NCBI RefSeq assembly: GCF_006345805.1
Contig: NC_043002.1
Span: 113,708,001-113,772,000, forward strand
Length of the DNA: 64,000 nucleotides
Source: Octopus sinensis
Lineage: Eukaryota
Reading direction: 5' to 3'
In this document: piece after piece, positions 61,040 to 64,000 of the stretch
How positions within the stretch are numbered: position 1 is the first letter of the stretch
How the letters are laid out: each line of letters starts with the position of its first letter
Program-made: the position numbers and the translations under genes
Notes under the pieces: generated by a model
Seen by the model: only the letters and a program-made list of their open reading frames with translations
Databases searched by the model: none
What the model was told of the DNA's origin: nothing

Positions 61040-64000
61040 GTGGGCAAATTTTGATTTAACAAAAGATTGTAATGTATCATACTAGTTTTCCAGTTTCAGA
61101 TTGGTTTGTCTACATACACAGATAAGTTATTGGGATGAGGATTATAAAATAGTCCAATGAGTAAATAAACTGGACTAATAATTCAGCATTTATTATATTT
61201 CAGCTATTATGAACAGCAGCATAATTGGTTACAAGTTTCCAAGGGACTTGTGACAATGGCAAGGGAAGTGCCTATAACTCAGGGCAGAACAAATATCATA
61301 GTCCAAAGAGCAGTGTTTTAGTTTTCTCGTCAATGTACGTCTGTGAAAGATATACTCATGCATACCACTATCATTTTGATGTCCACTTTTTTAGGCTGAC
61401 ATGGGCTGAATAAGTTGTTACAGTCCAAGTTAGATTTTATCTGGAGTTACTACCATCCTTGATGAAGCAAGGACCATAGCTTTCTAGAACAGCATTTTTG
61501 GCACAGTTTCTACAGCTGGATATCTTCCCTATCACCAACCACTTTACAGAGTCTGCTAGGTGCATTTTATCATGGCTCCTGCATCATCTCTGTTCAATTT
61601 CTGTGGTATCTAGTCTGAAATGGTATCTACCTACAACAGGTCAATGTCTGCAAAGAGGTAACTAGGGTCTGGTTTGAATCCCTGCAACAGAGCAGACTTC
61701 ACTGACCAGATGATAATGACAAACTAAAGTTTTTCACAACAAAAACAGGATATTAATTAGACTAGTGGGGCTGATGGGGCTTTCCTTTGTTTATATTTTC
61801 TCATTCTTTACTTAAGGCAGCAACATGTGCTCTCTCATTCATTCACCTAGCAGCTAATCTCGAGCACAGATAAGTTTGAATGCTTATTTTCACTTCACTT
61901 CTCGACCAATCATACATGTTTTTCTATCTGTTGTTATTTATCTATCTAACTATTGTATCTAATTTCTCCTCTATTAATTCTGCCCGACCAAGTCTCGCTC
62001 TATCATCTATTTTCAACCTTCACGTATTCGCGGTGCACCCACCCTGCCCACCCCCACCACTAATACCGGATATCTCTTTTTGCTCCATCTATACCGGATG
62101 TTGTTTCTCCCACCACCATTATAGGTGTCTACTCTTCGAACCCCCCTCCTCAATACGCTATTTCACCATGCATTACCCTCTTGATATCCTACGTTCTACT
62201 TGCCTAAGAACCTGTCATCATTTCTCTGAACCACCCCTCCCCACTGGTGCTCCCCTATATTTCTGTCCCCCCCCCACATAAAAAGCACCATCCGAACGTG
62301 GCCGATGCCAGACCCCTCTGGCACCTGTGCAGGTGGCACGTAAAAAACACCCACTACACTCGCGGAGTGGTTGGCGTTAGGAAGGGCATCCAGCTGTAGA
62401 AACACTGCCAGACTAGACTGGAGCCTGGGGCAGTCCCTAGCTCCCCAGACCCCGGTCGAAACCGTCCAACCCGTGCTAGCGCGGAAAACGGACGTTAAAC
62501 GATGATGATGATGATGATGATATTTTCTCATTCTTCTCCCCCCTCCCACCACCAAAACCTTGCTATTTTTTTCTTTTCTGCTTCTTCCTTCATGTCTTCC
62601 TCCTTCTTTGAAGAAAACAAAGGAGGAAGAGGAAAATGTCCCTTATCCCTCTTTCTTCACCACTTTCCTTACTAATCTTCTTCCTCTTTTTTCTCCTCTT
62701 TTAAATTTTCTGTTTCTTTTACCCTCCTCCTCCCTCTGGTCTTGGTACCCCATGTTTCTCAGATGTATAAAATTTGAGTGAAATATTGATGTGAACATTC
62801 TCCTATCAGAGACAGAATACATTTAAGTTTCTATCAACATCACCCATCATAACTATTTCATCTTCAACTTAAAGATATATTTCTAATCTTTTTTTATGGC
62901 TAAAACTCTGAGTAAGAACCCACTGTATGATAACCAAAAGACCAGTATTGTAACCTAATATGATCTTGTCTAGCTTTATTGAAGTGAAGATGACTCTAGG
63001 CAGATAATAAGTATAGAAATATTACCTTTTGGTATTAATGTTGCTTTTGTCGATAATAATTATTTTTTCAGATAATATATCATCAGTATCATATAATGTC
63101 TACTTTTCCATGGCTTGATTGGATCAGGTGAAACATTTTCATTTCATTGAAACATTTTCTATAGCATGATACGCTTCTTGTTGCCAACCCTCACCTGTTT
63201 CCAATCAAGGTAATATTACTCATTGGTCAGGTGTGTTTAGCACAGAAGACAAGAAACAAATGACTCAAGTTGTATGATGGCGACTGAGAATCGCCATGTC
63301 CACCTCTTCTGCAAGTTCCATCCATTTTACACCACTGATAGCCTCCATGTATGTATGTCATCATCATCATCATCATCATCATCCTTTAGCGTCTGTTTCT
63401 CGTGCTGGCATGCACAGGTAGTCTTCTCTTTTGCACATTACATCTGATGCTTCTTAGATTCAGTTTTTTCTCAGCCATATCAAATGGTGGTTCCAAATGG
63501 AACCACCATTTGATATCAAGACAAAGATACACAAACACACACGCGTGCACACGCATACATGCAACAGTTTTTTTTTTGGTATCTGTCTACCAACTCCACT
63601 CACAAAGAGTTGGTTGGCCCCATGGATATAGTAAAAGAAGCTCAAGGTGCCACCCAGTGAGACTGAACCTGATACCATATGGTTGGGAAGCAAGCTTCTT
63701 AACCACAGTTATACATACTTATCCATACTCATATATTCACACTAACATTTATAAACAAGTGTTGAGAAGTATAGACTAACACATTGCCTCATAAAAATGA
63801 AACCAAGCCCTTTTTATATCCTGACAAATGTGCTTACCATTGCACTACCTGACAGGAGACATCGTTCCTCCTCAAAAACAAGCATTTGAATGCTGTCTTT
63901 ACAATCCCAAGCTTTTATTTCAACATAAATCCATCACAAACTCTTTACTCTTTACTCTTTACTCTTTACTCTTTACTCTTTACTCTTTTACTTGTTTCAG

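Overview
This is AT-rich, repeat-dense animal genomic DNA, most likely a cephalopod (Octopus); that assignment is inferred from the SINE/RTE repeat repertoire, not from a search. Only one host coding exon is recognisable: the first coding exon of NCAPH2 (condensin II subunit H2, + strand, 60929-61039). A CpG-rich region with two CCAAT boxes at about 56.45-56.85 kb is its probable, possibly bidirectional, promoter. The rest is layered transposon sequence: a full-length hAT with TIRs, TSD and a single frameshift; a deleted Gypsy (K02A2.6/Mag-like) element with both LTRs and a TSD; a 1.07-kb solo LTR nested in a Tc1 element; several Tc1/mariner relics and a Merlin relic; a young 5'-truncated RTE LINE with a PHD-type finger after the RT domain; CR1 3' ends; a Penelope-like GIY-YIG relic with a large inverted repeat; nine non-autonomous Helitron copies; piggyBac-like MITEs; several tRNA-derived SINE families; and long microsatellites. 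The most unusual observations are (i) a pre-tRNA-Lys/RTE-tail chimeric retrocopy inserted in the Gypsy integrase, (ii) a hammerhead ribozyme with an intact catalytic core at 14596-14678 plus two degenerate ones, and (iii) SINE-derived flank sequence repeated between the Gypsy 5' LTR and its PBS. Most entries in the ORF track are microsatellite or repeat artefacts. No database searches were run; all family assignments rest on motifs read by eye.
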